Assembly (NCBI GenBank): GCA_000025185.1
Contig: CP001848.1
Location: forward strand, 1,050,001-1,082,000
From: Pirellula staleyi DSM 6068
GTDB lineage: Bacteria > Planctomycetota > Planctomycetia > Pirellulales > Pirellulaceae
Reading direction: 5' to 3'
Length of the DNA stretch: 32,000 nucleotides
Positions 7,011 to 15,322 of the stretch are shown in pieces (the first letter of the stretch is position 1; each line of letters starts with the position of its first letter). The notes beneath the pieces were generated by a model. It was not told the DNA's origin, did not search any database, and saw nothing but the letters and a program-made list of their open reading frames with translations. The position numbers were made by a program, and so were the translations under genes.

Positions 7011-9044
7011 TCAATCGGGCGTATCGAGGTAGGGATCTTGCCCCATCTCGAGCTGCATCTTCTTCCGCTCTTTCTCATGGTGCAGCAGCGCAAAGCGATC
7101 GCGCAAATGCTTCCGCTCGACCCGCTGCTGAGCCCGAAAGATCATTCCCACTTGTCGTTGGGCGGCAGGACCTGCGGTCTTGCCCCACTGCTCCATCCGC
7201 TCGGCCACTTCGGGGCCATAGCCGCTTTTGATCACATCGTCGTCGAGCGACATATACTGCCGCGTCGTGCCGGGATCCCCTTGGCGACCACAGCGTCCGA
7301 CGAGCTGACGATCGATCCGCGCGCTATCGTGCAGCTCGGTGCAAATCACATGCAGGCCACCCAGTTCGCGCATGCCAGGAGCCAGTTTGATGTCGGTACC
7401 ACGACCGGCCATGTTCGTGGCGACAGTCACTTTGAATTGTTCGCCCGCGAGCGCCACGATCTCTGCTTCGCGCTCCACCTCGTTGGCATTGAGCACGCGG
7501 TGGGTGATGCCAGCGGCGGTGAGGAGCCGCGAGAGATGCATCGATTTATCGATGCTCTTGGTGCCGATCAGCACCGGGCGACCCACCTGGTTCATCGCCT
7601 TCACATCTTCCACCACAGCGGCCCATTTTTCGTCCTCGGTGCCGAAGACCAAATCGGGCAAGCGCTTGCGCTGCGACGGGCGATTCGTCGGAATCGGCAC
7701 CACGCGCATCTTGTAGACTTTGCGAAATTCGTTGGTGGCCGACATCGCCGTACCGGTCATCCCCGCGATGTGCTTATAGCGCAGAAACAGATCTTGCACC
7801 GTGATGCGGGCCGCTTGTCCCGTGGCGACTGAAACTTCGATCTTCTCTTTCGCTTCAATCGCTTGATGAATGCCATCGCGCCATTTGCGACCTTCGGCCA
7901 AACGGCCGGTGTTTTCGTCGACAATTGTGATCTCGCCGTCGATCACCACGTAGTGCCGGTTGAGCAAATAATCGCGCGCTACTTTTATGGCCCGCTCGAT
8001 GTACTGATACAGATCGACGAGCCCCATCGTGCTCAGCAGTTCGGGCTTTGGCAGCGCGCGCAGCAGCTGGCGACCAGCTGCAGTGAGCTCGACTTTTTTA
8101 TCTTCGTCGTCGTAGTCGTAGTGCTTCTCTTCGAGGAACTGCGATTGCACTTCAGCCGCCCAGCGATAGGTGGCAACAATCCGGTCGATCGCTTTATCGC
8201 CAAGCGCGCCGATGATCAGCGGCGTGCGTGCTTCGTCGATCAAAATGCTGTCGGCTTCGTCGACCAGGCAGAAGTGCGCTTCGCGCTGCACCGGCTGTTC
8301 GCTGTTGGCGTCGGCTCCGACACCGGTGAATTGCCCCAGCAAACTCCCTTGCGCGGCGCCGAGCCTGCGGAGCAGCAAGCGATCGCGCAAGAAGTCGAAG
8401 CCAAATTCTTTGGCGGTGCCGTAGGTGATGTCGCAGCCGTACGCCTTGCGGCGGGCGTCGGATTTATCTTTGGTCAGCACCACGCCGGTGGTGAGTCCCA
8501 GCATGGCATAGACCGGGCGCATCATGTTGGCATCGCGCTCGGCCAGGTAGTCGTTCACGGTCGCCAGATGCGACCCTTTCCCCACCAGCGCGTGGAGATA
8601 CATCGGCAGCGTGGCGGTGAGCGTTTTACCTTCACCCGTTTCCATTTCGGCAATCGAGCCGTGAAACAGGGCAATGCCGCCAATCATTTGCACGTCGTAG
8701 TGACGCTGGCCAATCACGCGGCGCGATGCTTCGCGCACCAGCGCATAGGCCTCGGGCAACAGCGTGGCGAGTTTCTCGCCACTTTTGGCGCGATACTTCA
8801 GCGAGAGGCTCCGCTTACGCAGCTCGCGATCATCCTCGGCAACGAGGGTCTCTTCAAACGCCGCGATTTGCGGAAGCACCTGCCCCCAACGGGCGAGACG
8901 ACTTTGCACGGGACCACCGAGCAAGGAGAGCACCTGGGCTCGCCAGCCTGTAGGAAGACCGTGAATCGTGGGAGGGTTGGTCATGATGTTTCGCAGTGGT
9001 GGCAAAGTGCCGATGTCGGAAACCGGCAGAGAAGCGTACGTCAT
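7011..9044 (-). CDS. secA: SecA-family preprotein translocase ATPase, short paralog lacking the usual C-terminal domains
   Basis: Unmistakable SecA motifs: AEMETGEGKTLTATLP (Walker A), LVDEADSILIDEARTPLII (Walker B/DEAD), TNMAGRGTDIKL, GGLHVICTELHDSARIDRQLVGRCGRQGDPG. The ORF is open to 9323, but the first 93 codons translate a polypurine tract (RGESRGGKKCEGRGG) and look non-coding. Candidate ATG starts are 9044 (MTYASL, 677 aa) or 8984 (MTNPPT, 657 aa). Confidence 0.85.
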   Translation of the reverse strand: MTYASLPVSDIGTLPPLRNIMTNPPTIHGLPTGWRAQVLSLLGGPVQSRLARWGQVLPQIAAFEETLVAEDDRELRKRSLSLKYRAKSGEKLATLLPEAYALVREASRRVIGQRHYDVQMIGGIALFHGSIAEMETGEGKTLTATLPMYLHALVGKGSHLATVNDYLAERDANMMRPVYAMLGLTTGVVLTKDKSDARRKAYGCDITYGTAKEFGFDFLRDRLLLRRLGAAQGSLLGQFTGVGADANSEQPVQREAHFCLVDEADSILIDEARTPLIIGALGDKAIDRIVATYRWAAEVQSQFLEEKHYDYDDEDKKVELTAAGRQLLRALPKPELLSTMGLVDLYQYIERAIKVARDYLLNRHYVVIDGEITIVDENTGRLAEGRKWRDGIHQAIEAKEKIEVSVATGQAARITVQDLFLRYKHIAGMTGTAMSATNEFRKVYKMRVVPIPTNRPSQRKRLPDLVFGTEDEKWAAVVEDVKAMNQVGRPVLIGTKSIDKSMHLSRLLTAAGITHRVLNANEVEREAEIVALAGEQFKVTVATNMAGRGTDIKLAPGMRELGGLHVICTELHDSARIDRQLVGRCGRQGDPGTTRQYMSLDDDVIKSGYGPEVAERMEQWGKTAGPAAQRQVGMIFRAQQRVERKHLRDRFALLHHEKERKKMQLEMGQDPYLDTPD

Positions 9045-9084
9045 TAATCTTAGAAAATTCGGGGAACTGCGTCGTGAGTTTTGT

Positions 9085-9098
9085 CCGGGAATTCCCGG
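9085..9098. promoter_or_regulatory. 14-bp perfect palindrome CCGGGAATTCCCGG upstream of the secA paralog
   Basis: Read directly from the sequence. Lies 41 nt upstream of the 9044 ATG on the minus strand. It could be an operator or a 5' UTR hairpin; the function is unknown. Confidence 0.25.
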
Positions 9099-9229
9099 CA
9101 AATCCGCACAATCGTCACCCTGAAAAGTGCAGCCAGCAGCAAGAGTTTCCGGCGGTTCCGAGCCCACCGGCGCTCCCCTGCGGCGGTTATACGAACCGCA
9201 AGTCGGTCTGGTTGTCGTCCTGGGAAAAG

Positions 9230-9310
9230 CCCCGCCTCGCCCCTCGCATTTCTTCCCTCCTCTGCTTTCCCCTCGCCTCTCGTCTCCTGCCTCCCACCCC
9301 TTCGCCCTGC
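9230..9310. repeat. Polypyrimidine (plus strand) / polypurine (minus strand) tract with reiterated CCTCGC
   Basis: Hand count gives 11 purines in 81 nt (~86% pyrimidine on the plus strand). CCTCGC occurs at 9235, 9242 and 9271. Lies in the divergent spacer between the secA paralog and the BBP7 gene. Confidence 0.6.
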
Positions 9311-9602
9311 TAGCCCGCTGCACTGCATCGCTAGCAAAACTTTCCCACTACAAACGCTACAGCCGGAATATTTTCTCAATCGATTGCTACCCGACCGCCG
9401 AAGATTACCCCACAGCGAACCCTGGGCAAGATTTGCCGATTGCAAGGACTGTTCAGGGGTAAGACGGCTCGGAACGGCTTTGCACAGGACGGGCAAAGTG
9501 CGTCGAGTTTGACGGTCGTCCGTGACCTTGCTGGATTTTCCGGTTCTGCCGGTCGATCCCAATCATGCAACTGGCGACACTTTTTTGAGCGAGCTGATTC
9601 CC

Positions 9603-11009
9603 ATGAAGTCGACCTCGATGTTCTCCGCCGCGATGGCCTGGCTGGCTCTCACTGCCTCGGCTGCGGTCGCACAGACGATGGAACAGCCTGCTTCGTACGT
9701 GGAGCCTGCCTCCTACGGCGAATCTGGCAGTGGGGCCATGACCGCTGCCTACGAAGAGCCCACCCAGCGCACCGGACCAATGGTGCAACTCGCCTCGTGG
9801 TGGAACAACACCGCCGGTGGTGCCAGTGCCAACTGCACCGACACTGCACCCTCGTGTGGCGATGTGCTCGGCTACGGTCCAGCCTCGGAATATTGCGGCG
9901 AGATGTGTAACCCACGTTGCCGCTCGCTCGATCTGTGGGGGAACGTCGAGTTCCTGATGTGGTGGGGCAAAGGGACCGACCTGCCGCCACTGGTTGGCAC
10001 CAGCACCGATTCTGCGACACCACGCGGCGATGCTGCGGTCCTGGGCCGCCCTAACTACGAAAACCTCTTCGGCGGCGATACCTACGGCAACGAACTGCAA
10101 GTCGGTGGACGCTTTACCGCCGGTCTCTGGCTCGATCCGCATCACACCTTGGGCTGGGGCACCCGCTTCATGGCTTTGGGTGGCGACGATGCCAACTTTG
10201 CGGCTGCCAGCACGGGGGACCAAGGATCTCAAATTCTCGGTCGGCCGTTCTTCAACGCCCTGCTCGCCACCGAAGACTCGCTGCTGATCGCCTACTTCGA
10301 TGAACTGCAAGGCGATCCGATTGCCGGTGGCAGTGTGAACGCCAGCTTCAGCAACAGCTTCCTGTCGGCAGAAACGTTCTTCCGCGTGATGATGGAAAAC
10401 GATGGCCGCCGTCGGGTCGACCTCTTGGCCGGTTATCAAATGCTCCGCCTCGACGACGCCTTCCAAGTCAACAGCTTCCACACCAGCCGCGATCCACTCT
10501 CGCTGATTCCTGTCGGCACCACATTCGACATCACCGACCGCATCCGTGCGAAGAATGAATTTCACGGTGGTATGTTCGGCTTGCAGAGCTCGCTGCAGAA
10601 CGGACAGTGGTCGATCGACAGCATCGCCAAGATGAGCGTCGGCAATATGAACCAGAAGATCGAAATGTTCGGTCAAACGCTGGTCGACGGTGTCGCAGCT
10701 CCCGGTGGTGGTTTGCTCGTACAACCGACCAACGCCACACCTCCGACTCGCGAACGCGACAAGTGGGCTTTCATCCCTGAAATCAGCCTCGCCCTGGCTT
10801 ATCACCCCACGCAAAACCTGAGCTTCTCGGTCGGCTACAACATCATCTGGATGTCGGATGTGGTGACCTCGGGAGACCAGGTCGACCGGAACGTGAACAT
10901 CACGCAAGTGAATGGCCCACTGATTGGCCCAGCGGTTCCTGCTCCACGCTTTGTCGACAGCGACTACTGGCTGCAAGGGATCAACTTCTCGATGAACTAC
11001 GACTTCTAA
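9603..11009 (+). CDS. BBP7-family (DUF1551-like) outer-membrane beta-barrel protein
   Basis: The ORF opens at a GTG at 9522. The ATG at 9603 gives a clean signal peptide (MKSTSMFSAAMAWLALTASAAVAQ). WGNVEFLMWWGKG motif, alternating beta-strand pattern, and a C-terminal aromatic residue (NFSMNYDF), typical of planctomycetal BBP7 barrels. Strong GC3 in this frame. Confidence 0.75.
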   Translation: MKSTSMFSAAMAWLALTASAAVAQTMEQPASYVEPASYGESGSGAMTAAYEEPTQRTGPMVQLASWWNNTAGGASANCTDTAPSCGDVLGYGPASEYCGEMCNPRCRSLDLWGNVEFLMWWGKGTDLPPLVGTSTDSATPRGDAAVLGRPNYENLFGGDTYGNELQVGGRFTAGLWLDPHHTLGWGTRFMALGGDDANFAAASTGDQGSQILGRPFFNALLATEDSLLIAYFDELQGDPIAGGSVNASFSNSFLSAETFFRVMMENDGRRRVDLLAGYQMLRLDDAFQVNSFHTSRDPLSLIPVGTTFDITDRIRAKNEFHGGMFGLQSSLQNGQWSIDSIAKMSVGNMNQKIEMFGQTLVDGVAAPGGGLLVQPTNATPPTRERDKWAFIPEISLALAYHPTQNLSFSVGYNIIWMSDVVTSGDQVDRNVNITQVNGPLIGPAVPAPRFVDSDYWLQGINFSMNYDF

Positions 11010-11057
11010 ACGAAGTTGGTTAAGCGAAGTCCACCCGACAGCTTAGTGAAACAACTG

Positions 11058-11099
11058 CAGAGGCCATCTTCCACGCGAAGGTGGCCTCTGTCGTTTCTT
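11058..11099. terminator. Bidirectional intrinsic-terminator-like hairpin between convergent genes
   Basis: cAGAGGCCATCTTC-CACGC-GAAGGTGGCCTCTg forms a 13-bp stem (one G.U pair). It is followed by TCGTTTCTT on the plus strand and GTTGTTTC on the minus strand. Sits between the stop at 11009 (+) and the stop at 11110 (-). Confidence 0.6.
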
Positions 11100-11109
11100 G
11101 CGGCACGTG

Positions 11110-12165
11110 CTAAGGCATTGCTGGGGTGCTAAAGAACTCGCTCGTGTGATGCATCGCCGAAAACAGATGCCGAATCACACTGTAGTGCCCCCCCGGATAC
11201 CACTTGATGGCTGGCTCACCCGCCTCTTGCCAGAGCGCGAGGGTGCAATCGCGGTGAATCACTTCATCCTTCTCGGCGTTGAGCATCAGGACGCGGCGAT
11301 CTTTCAAGTTAGCGGCGTACGTGATGGGGTCGATCGGTTTGAGGGTCGCCGTGAACTGATCTTTCGTGAATCCGTCCATCACCCATTTGCGGCGGAACTT
11401 CGCCAGCTCTTTCGATTCCCAAGCGATCCGGCCCAGGTCGGCACCCGCCAGAAGCAGGCAGGTGTTTTCGATCCGAGGCTCGACCGCAGCAGCCAGGGCG
11501 CTGGTGATCCCACCTAAGCTGATTCCAAAAATACCGGTCTGCTGGGGATCGATCGTTTCGCGCTGGCTTTCGAACCAGCTGATGCCACGGCGGATATCCA
11601 TCACCGCTTGCCGCATGCCGACCACCGTTTGATCGGGGTCTTCGCTAATCATGCGGCGCGATTCCCCCGGCGCGCGACGATTGCCATAGTACGGCAGATG
11701 GATCAGCATCGAGGCGCTGCCGTTCTGCGCCAGGTGATTGCAAAAGACGCGCGACAGCTGCAAATCCCCGCCCAGAATATGGAGCACGATCACCGCCGGA
11801 CGCTGCCCCGCCATTTTCGGCCGATAGAACTCCCCATGCACCGTGTTGTTGGCGGGAGACTCGGTTTTCATCGCCGAAGGAAAGGTGACGTGCCAAATCT
11901 CGATCGACTTGCTCTCGATTGGCACCTCGCGCACCGCGACTTCAAAATCTTCGACCGGCAGACGAAACAGCTCGGGGATTTTCGCCTCGAACTCGGCTGT
12001 CAAACCTTCGACCGGCATCACGGCTGGCAGAGGGGCCAGCTCGACATTGGCCCCCAGCGCCGCACTACTGGCCAGCAGCCCAAGCGCCAGAGAACCCAAG
12101 CTAAGGCACCCTGCAAGTCGCCAAGAAGAATGCAGTAAGTGACTACCAAGCAATAACTTAAGCAT
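11110..12165 (-). CDS. Secreted alpha/beta hydrolase (dienelactone hydrolase / S9 peptidase-like)
   Basis: 351 aa with ATG at 12165. Signal peptide (...LGLLASSAALGA). Nucleophile elbow GISLGG (GxSxG). HILGGD oxyanion-like region. Downstream Asp (EKDEVI) and His (PGGHYS) fit a Ser-Asp-His triad. Confidence 0.8.
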   Translation of the reverse strand: MLKLLLGSHLLHSSWRLAGCLSLGSLALGLLASSAALGANVELAPLPAVMPVEGLTAEFEAKIPELFRLPVEDFEVAVREVPIESKSIEIWHVTFPSAMKTESPANNTVHGEFYRPKMAGQRPAVIVLHILGGDLQLSRVFCNHLAQNGSASMLIHLPYYGNRRAPGESRRMISEDPDQTVVGMRQAVMDIRRGISWFESQRETIDPQQTGIFGISLGGITSALAAAVEPRIENTCLLLAGADLGRIAWESKELAKFRRKWVMDGFTKDQFTATLKPIDPITYAANLKDRRVLMLNAEKDEVIHRDCTLALWQEAGEPAIKWYPGGHYSVIRHLFSAMHHTSEFFSTPAMP

Positions 12166-12569
12166 GATGGTCTTTCGGCCAGAGTGCGCTGCGGACAGGT
12201 ATCGTCAGACTACCCACCTTACCCCCACGAGGCGAGCCAAGATTCGAACTTGCCAGCAGAACATCCCTAAACTCATTTCCAGTAACGCTTTACCGTGTTT
12301 ATACAAGGAGCAACTAGAGCTTCCCGCTCCTCCGGAGGTGGGCTGAAGCCACGCTAACAACGCACCAAAGGGGCGCGTCACCGCATTCTTGCGGAAATGC
12401 ATCAAAACAAGTTGATTCGATTCCGCGATGTCGATAAGTTGCGTAGGCGCTACTGTATGCAGGTTGTCGCGGCATGTTTGCCGCTGCTTTCTGCACGCTA
12501 CTTGCTGCAAGCTGCCCCGCCCTGTCCACCAGCCGATCCTCCCCCCAACGTTTTTGAGGAGCCCCAGCC

Positions 12570-13853
12570 ATGCTAAAGATTCGTCTTGGTCAGTCGTCGG
12601 ATGCGTACTGCGACGGCGTTTCGCGGCGTAGTTTTCTGCGGCTCGGGGCCCTTTCGCTCGGGGCGGTAGCTGCCAATTTCTCGCTCGCCGATCTGCTCCG
12701 CGCGGAAGAGGCGGCCGGAATTGGGTCTTCTAATAAAGCGATCATTAATATTCATTTAGGTGGTGGACCTTCGCACCAAGATATTTTTGATCTTAAACCC
12801 GAAGCGGCGGTGGAATTCCGAGGCGAATTCAGCCCGATTTCGACCAACGTCGAGGGGATTCAGATCTGCGAGCATTTGCCCAAACTAGCGCAAATGGCTG
12901 ATAAATTCGCCATTATTCGCTCGCTCGTCGGCAGCACTGGCCAGCATAGCAACTACCAAACGCACTCGGGCTACGACATGCGCGACCTGCGTAATGCTGG
13001 TGGTCGGCCGTCGCTGGGAAGTGTGATCTCCAAAGTTGCGGGACCAAGCGCGTCGGGTGCTCCGGCCTTTATTTCTTATAATGGTGGCGACCCTGGATAT
13101 TTAGGCCCTGTCTATAAGGCTTATGCCCCTCAAGGTGGCAGCTTAAAGCTCACCAAAGATCTGACGGTCGAGCGGCTCGACGACCGGACGAACCTGCTCG
13201 CTTCGCTCGACCGAATTCGCCGCGATGTCGACTCGAGTGGTCAGATGGAAGCGCTCGACTCGTTCACGCAGCGGGCTGTCGGCGTGGTTACCAGCGGCAA
13301 AGTGGCCGAAGCGCTCGACGCTTCGAAAGTGACCCCCGACGAAAAAGAACGCTACGGCAAAGAGGGAATGCCGTTCCTCACCGCCCGTCGGCTGGTGGAG
13401 TCTGGTGTGCGGGTTGTCACCTTCAGCTGGGGTGGCTGGGACACGCACAGCAACAACTTTACGAGCCTGAAGCGGCAATTGCCCAACATGGACCGGGCCC
13501 TTTCGGCCCTGCTCACCGACCTGCACGACCGGGGGCTCGAAAAAGATGTGACCGTGGTGGTGTGGGGCGAGTTTGGCCGGACCCCTCGCGTGAACGGCGG
13601 AGCGGGACGCGATCACTGGCCGCAAGTGATGGGCGCTTTCCTCGCCGGTGGTGGCATGAAGACCGGACAGGTGATCGGCAGCACGACCAAGAACGCCGAA
13701 GCGGCCAAGGATCGCCCGGTTCACTTCCACGAAGTCTTCTCGACCCTCTATTACAACCTGGGGATCGACGTCGGTAGCAAAACGCTGGAAGACACCGCTG
13801 GCCGGCCGCAATACCTGGTCGATAAGCGCGAAGTGATTCGCGAACTGGTGTAA
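12570..13853 (+). CDS. DUF1501 domain protein (sulfatase-like fold) with Tat signal
   Basis: 427 aa. GAGGAG lies 9 nt upstream of the ATG. Twin-arginine motif SRRSFLRLGALSLGA. GGPSHQDIFDLKP, WDTHSNNF and GRDHW blocks are characteristic of the planctomycetal DUF1501 family. Confidence 0.9.
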   Translation: MLKIRLGQSSDAYCDGVSRRSFLRLGALSLGAVAANFSLADLLRAEEAAGIGSSNKAIINIHLGGGPSHQDIFDLKPEAAVEFRGEFSPISTNVEGIQICEHLPKLAQMADKFAIIRSLVGSTGQHSNYQTHSGYDMRDLRNAGGRPSLGSVISKVAGPSASGAPAFISYNGGDPGYLGPVYKAYAPQGGSLKLTKDLTVERLDDRTNLLASLDRIRRDVDSSGQMEALDSFTQRAVGVVTSGKVAEALDASKVTPDEKERYGKEGMPFLTARRLVESGVRVVTFSWGGWDTHSNNFTSLKRQLPNMDRALSALLTDLHDRGLEKDVTVVVWGEFGRTPRVNGGAGRDHWPQVMGAFLAGGGMKTGQVIGSTTKNAEAAKDRPVHFHEVFSTLYYNLGIDVGSKTLEDTAGRPQYLVDKREVIRELV

Positions 13854-14067
13854 GCGGGCTCGATCCGCAGCGCGTCGCCCCACCCGATTGAAGGTGACTG
13901 CAAACGACCATTTTCCGCTTGAAGTTAGCCTCGCCATGCTTTCCCGTTTCTGACGTTTCCGGGGAGGTGTGCGGGGCTTTCTTCGTTTTCGCGTTTTCCC
14001 GGGGAATTTCGAGAAATCGTGGCAGCAAAGCGGGGCGGTAAAGTTCGCAGGAAAAGGTCGCTCGAGA

Positions 14068-14084
14068 AGCCTCAAGTTGAGGCT
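14068..14084. promoter_or_regulatory. 17-bp palindrome AGCCTCAAgTTGAGGCT upstream of the sdh operon
   Basis: Perfect 8-bp arms around one central base, ~180 nt upstream of the sdhC start. Possible operator; function unknown. Confidence 0.2.
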
Positions 14085-14263
14085 GCGCCCCGTTGTCAGG
14101 CCCCTAGGGCACCCTATACTACGGCAGAGTCTAGAGCGCAAGATTTCTCGCGTTTCGCGTCCCCCTGGCTGCTCGCCAACAGGCTCCAGAGCGACTGTTC
14201 CTCCGCTCTAGTTGTGTGACGAGCCAGCATCGAAACGTGCCAGCAGCATAGAAAAGGTGTTTT

Positions 14264-15214
14264 GTGAAAGAGGCTCCTTCGTCGTCGTTTTTGGCTCGTA
14301 ATGAGTTTCTGATCCGCAGGCTCCACTCGCTAACCGGGCTCGTTCCGGTCGGCGCTTACATGTGCGTGCACCTGCTCACCAATGCCAGCGTGCTCGATAG
14401 TGGTGCGGCGTTTCAAAAAAACGTCTACATGATCCACTCCCTCGGCGCCGTGCTGCCGGTGGTCGAATGGGGCTTCATCTTCCTGCCGCTGCTGTTCCAC
14501 GCCATCTTCGGGGTGGTGATTGTGCGGGGCGGGCTCCCCAACAGCAGCACTTATAAGTACACCAGCAACATCCGCTACACGCTGCAGCGTGCCAGCGGCA
14601 TGGTCGCCTTCGCCTTCATCATGTGGCACGTGTTTCACATGCACGGCTGGTTCCATGCCGAGTGGTGGCAGAAGGGTGTCGCCGAGCCGCTGAGCGGGGC
14701 GATGTTCAAGCCCTATTCCGCCGCTTCCACCGCTGCCGAAGCGCTGCAAATCTCGATCATTGTGCCGGTGCTGTATGTCATCGGTGTTTTGTCGTGCGTG
14801 TTCCACTTGGCCAACGGCATCTGGACGTTCGGCATCACCTGGGGCATTTGGGTTTCGCCAGCCGCTCAGACCCGGGCCACCTGGGCCTGCCTCGTGTTCG
14901 GTTTGGCCTTGTCGGCAGTAGGCCTCGGTGCCTTGGGCGGATTTGCTACCAAGACCAAGGAACAGATCGCGGCTGATAAGGCTGTCGAGCAGAAGATGTT
15001 CGACGCCAAGGTCGCCAGTGGCGAAGTGGAAGCCGATTCGCACAAATTCGGCGGCAACCACCAACACGCCGAAGGTGAACAGCACGAAGCTCCTGCCGAG
15101 GAAAAGCCTGCGGAAGAAGCTGCCACTGCGACAGAAGCGACGACTGCAGCACCTGCGGAGGGGTCGACGGAAACGTCCATTCCAGCTGCTGGTGCAGCGA
15201 GCGACGTGAACTAG
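14264..15214 (+). CDS. sdhC: Succinate dehydrogenase/fumarate reductase cytochrome b subunit (b558 family, single anchor subunit)
   Basis: 316 aa. GTG at 14264 is the first start after the in-frame stop at 14249, with AAAGG upstream. Five hydrophobic helices with conserved His residues (CVHLL, LLFHAIF, WHVFHMHGW, VFHLANG). Directly upstream of sdhA and sdhB. ~95-aa acidic/Ala-rich C-terminal tail. Confidence 0.85.
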   Translation: MKEAPSSSFLARNEFLIRRLHSLTGLVPVGAYMCVHLLTNASVLDSGAAFQKNVYMIHSLGAVLPVVEWGFIFLPLLFHAIFGVVIVRGGLPNSSTYKYTSNIRYTLQRASGMVAFAFIMWHVFHMHGWFHAEWWQKGVAEPLSGAMFKPYSAASTAAEALQISIIVPVLYVIGVLSCVFHLANGIWTFGITWGIWVSPAAQTRATWACLVFGLALSAVGLGALGGFATKTKEQIAADKAVEQKMFDAKVASGEVEADSHKFGGNHQHAEGEQHEAPAEEKPAEEAATATEATTAAPAEGSTETSIPAAGAASDVN

Positions 15215-15322
15215 CAGCACCGGTTTGCGGTGCCTAAAGATGGCGTGCTTCCAGGTTGTGGCATGATGGCGGCGGTGGGTGCGAGCAACTTTTACTCTCG
15301 ATCGGTCAGTTAGAGGTTCGAC

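Noticed and set aside
9045-9323. 93-codon N-terminal extension of the SecA ORF.
   Set aside because: It translates the polypurine tract into RGESRGGKKCEGRGG-type low-complexity sequence and bears no similarity to SecA N-termini. Conserved SecA sequence starts after the ATGs at 9044 and 8984.
9453-10976. 507-aa minus-strand ORF antisense to the BBP7 barrel gene.
   Set aside because: The plus-strand frame has a signal peptide, beta-barrel periodicity, a terminal Phe and strong GC3. The antisense product is featureless and Arg/His/Val-rich.
12229-12253. tRNA T-arm-like element on the minus strand (GCAAG-TTCGAAT-CTTGG followed by CTCGCCT). Considered as a tRNA gene or an att-site remnant of an integrative element.
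   Set aside because: No matching 5' acceptor strand (AGGCGAG), D-arm or anticodon arm lies in the upstream 70-90 nt. The T-stem has a mismatch, and no integrase or island features are nearby.
13143-14141. 332-aa minus-strand ORF and small ORFs (13969-14211, 14019-14219) in and after the DUF1501 gene.
   Set aside because: They are antisense to a well-supported gene or lie in the spacer, and their translations are basic, Arg/Pro-rich junk.
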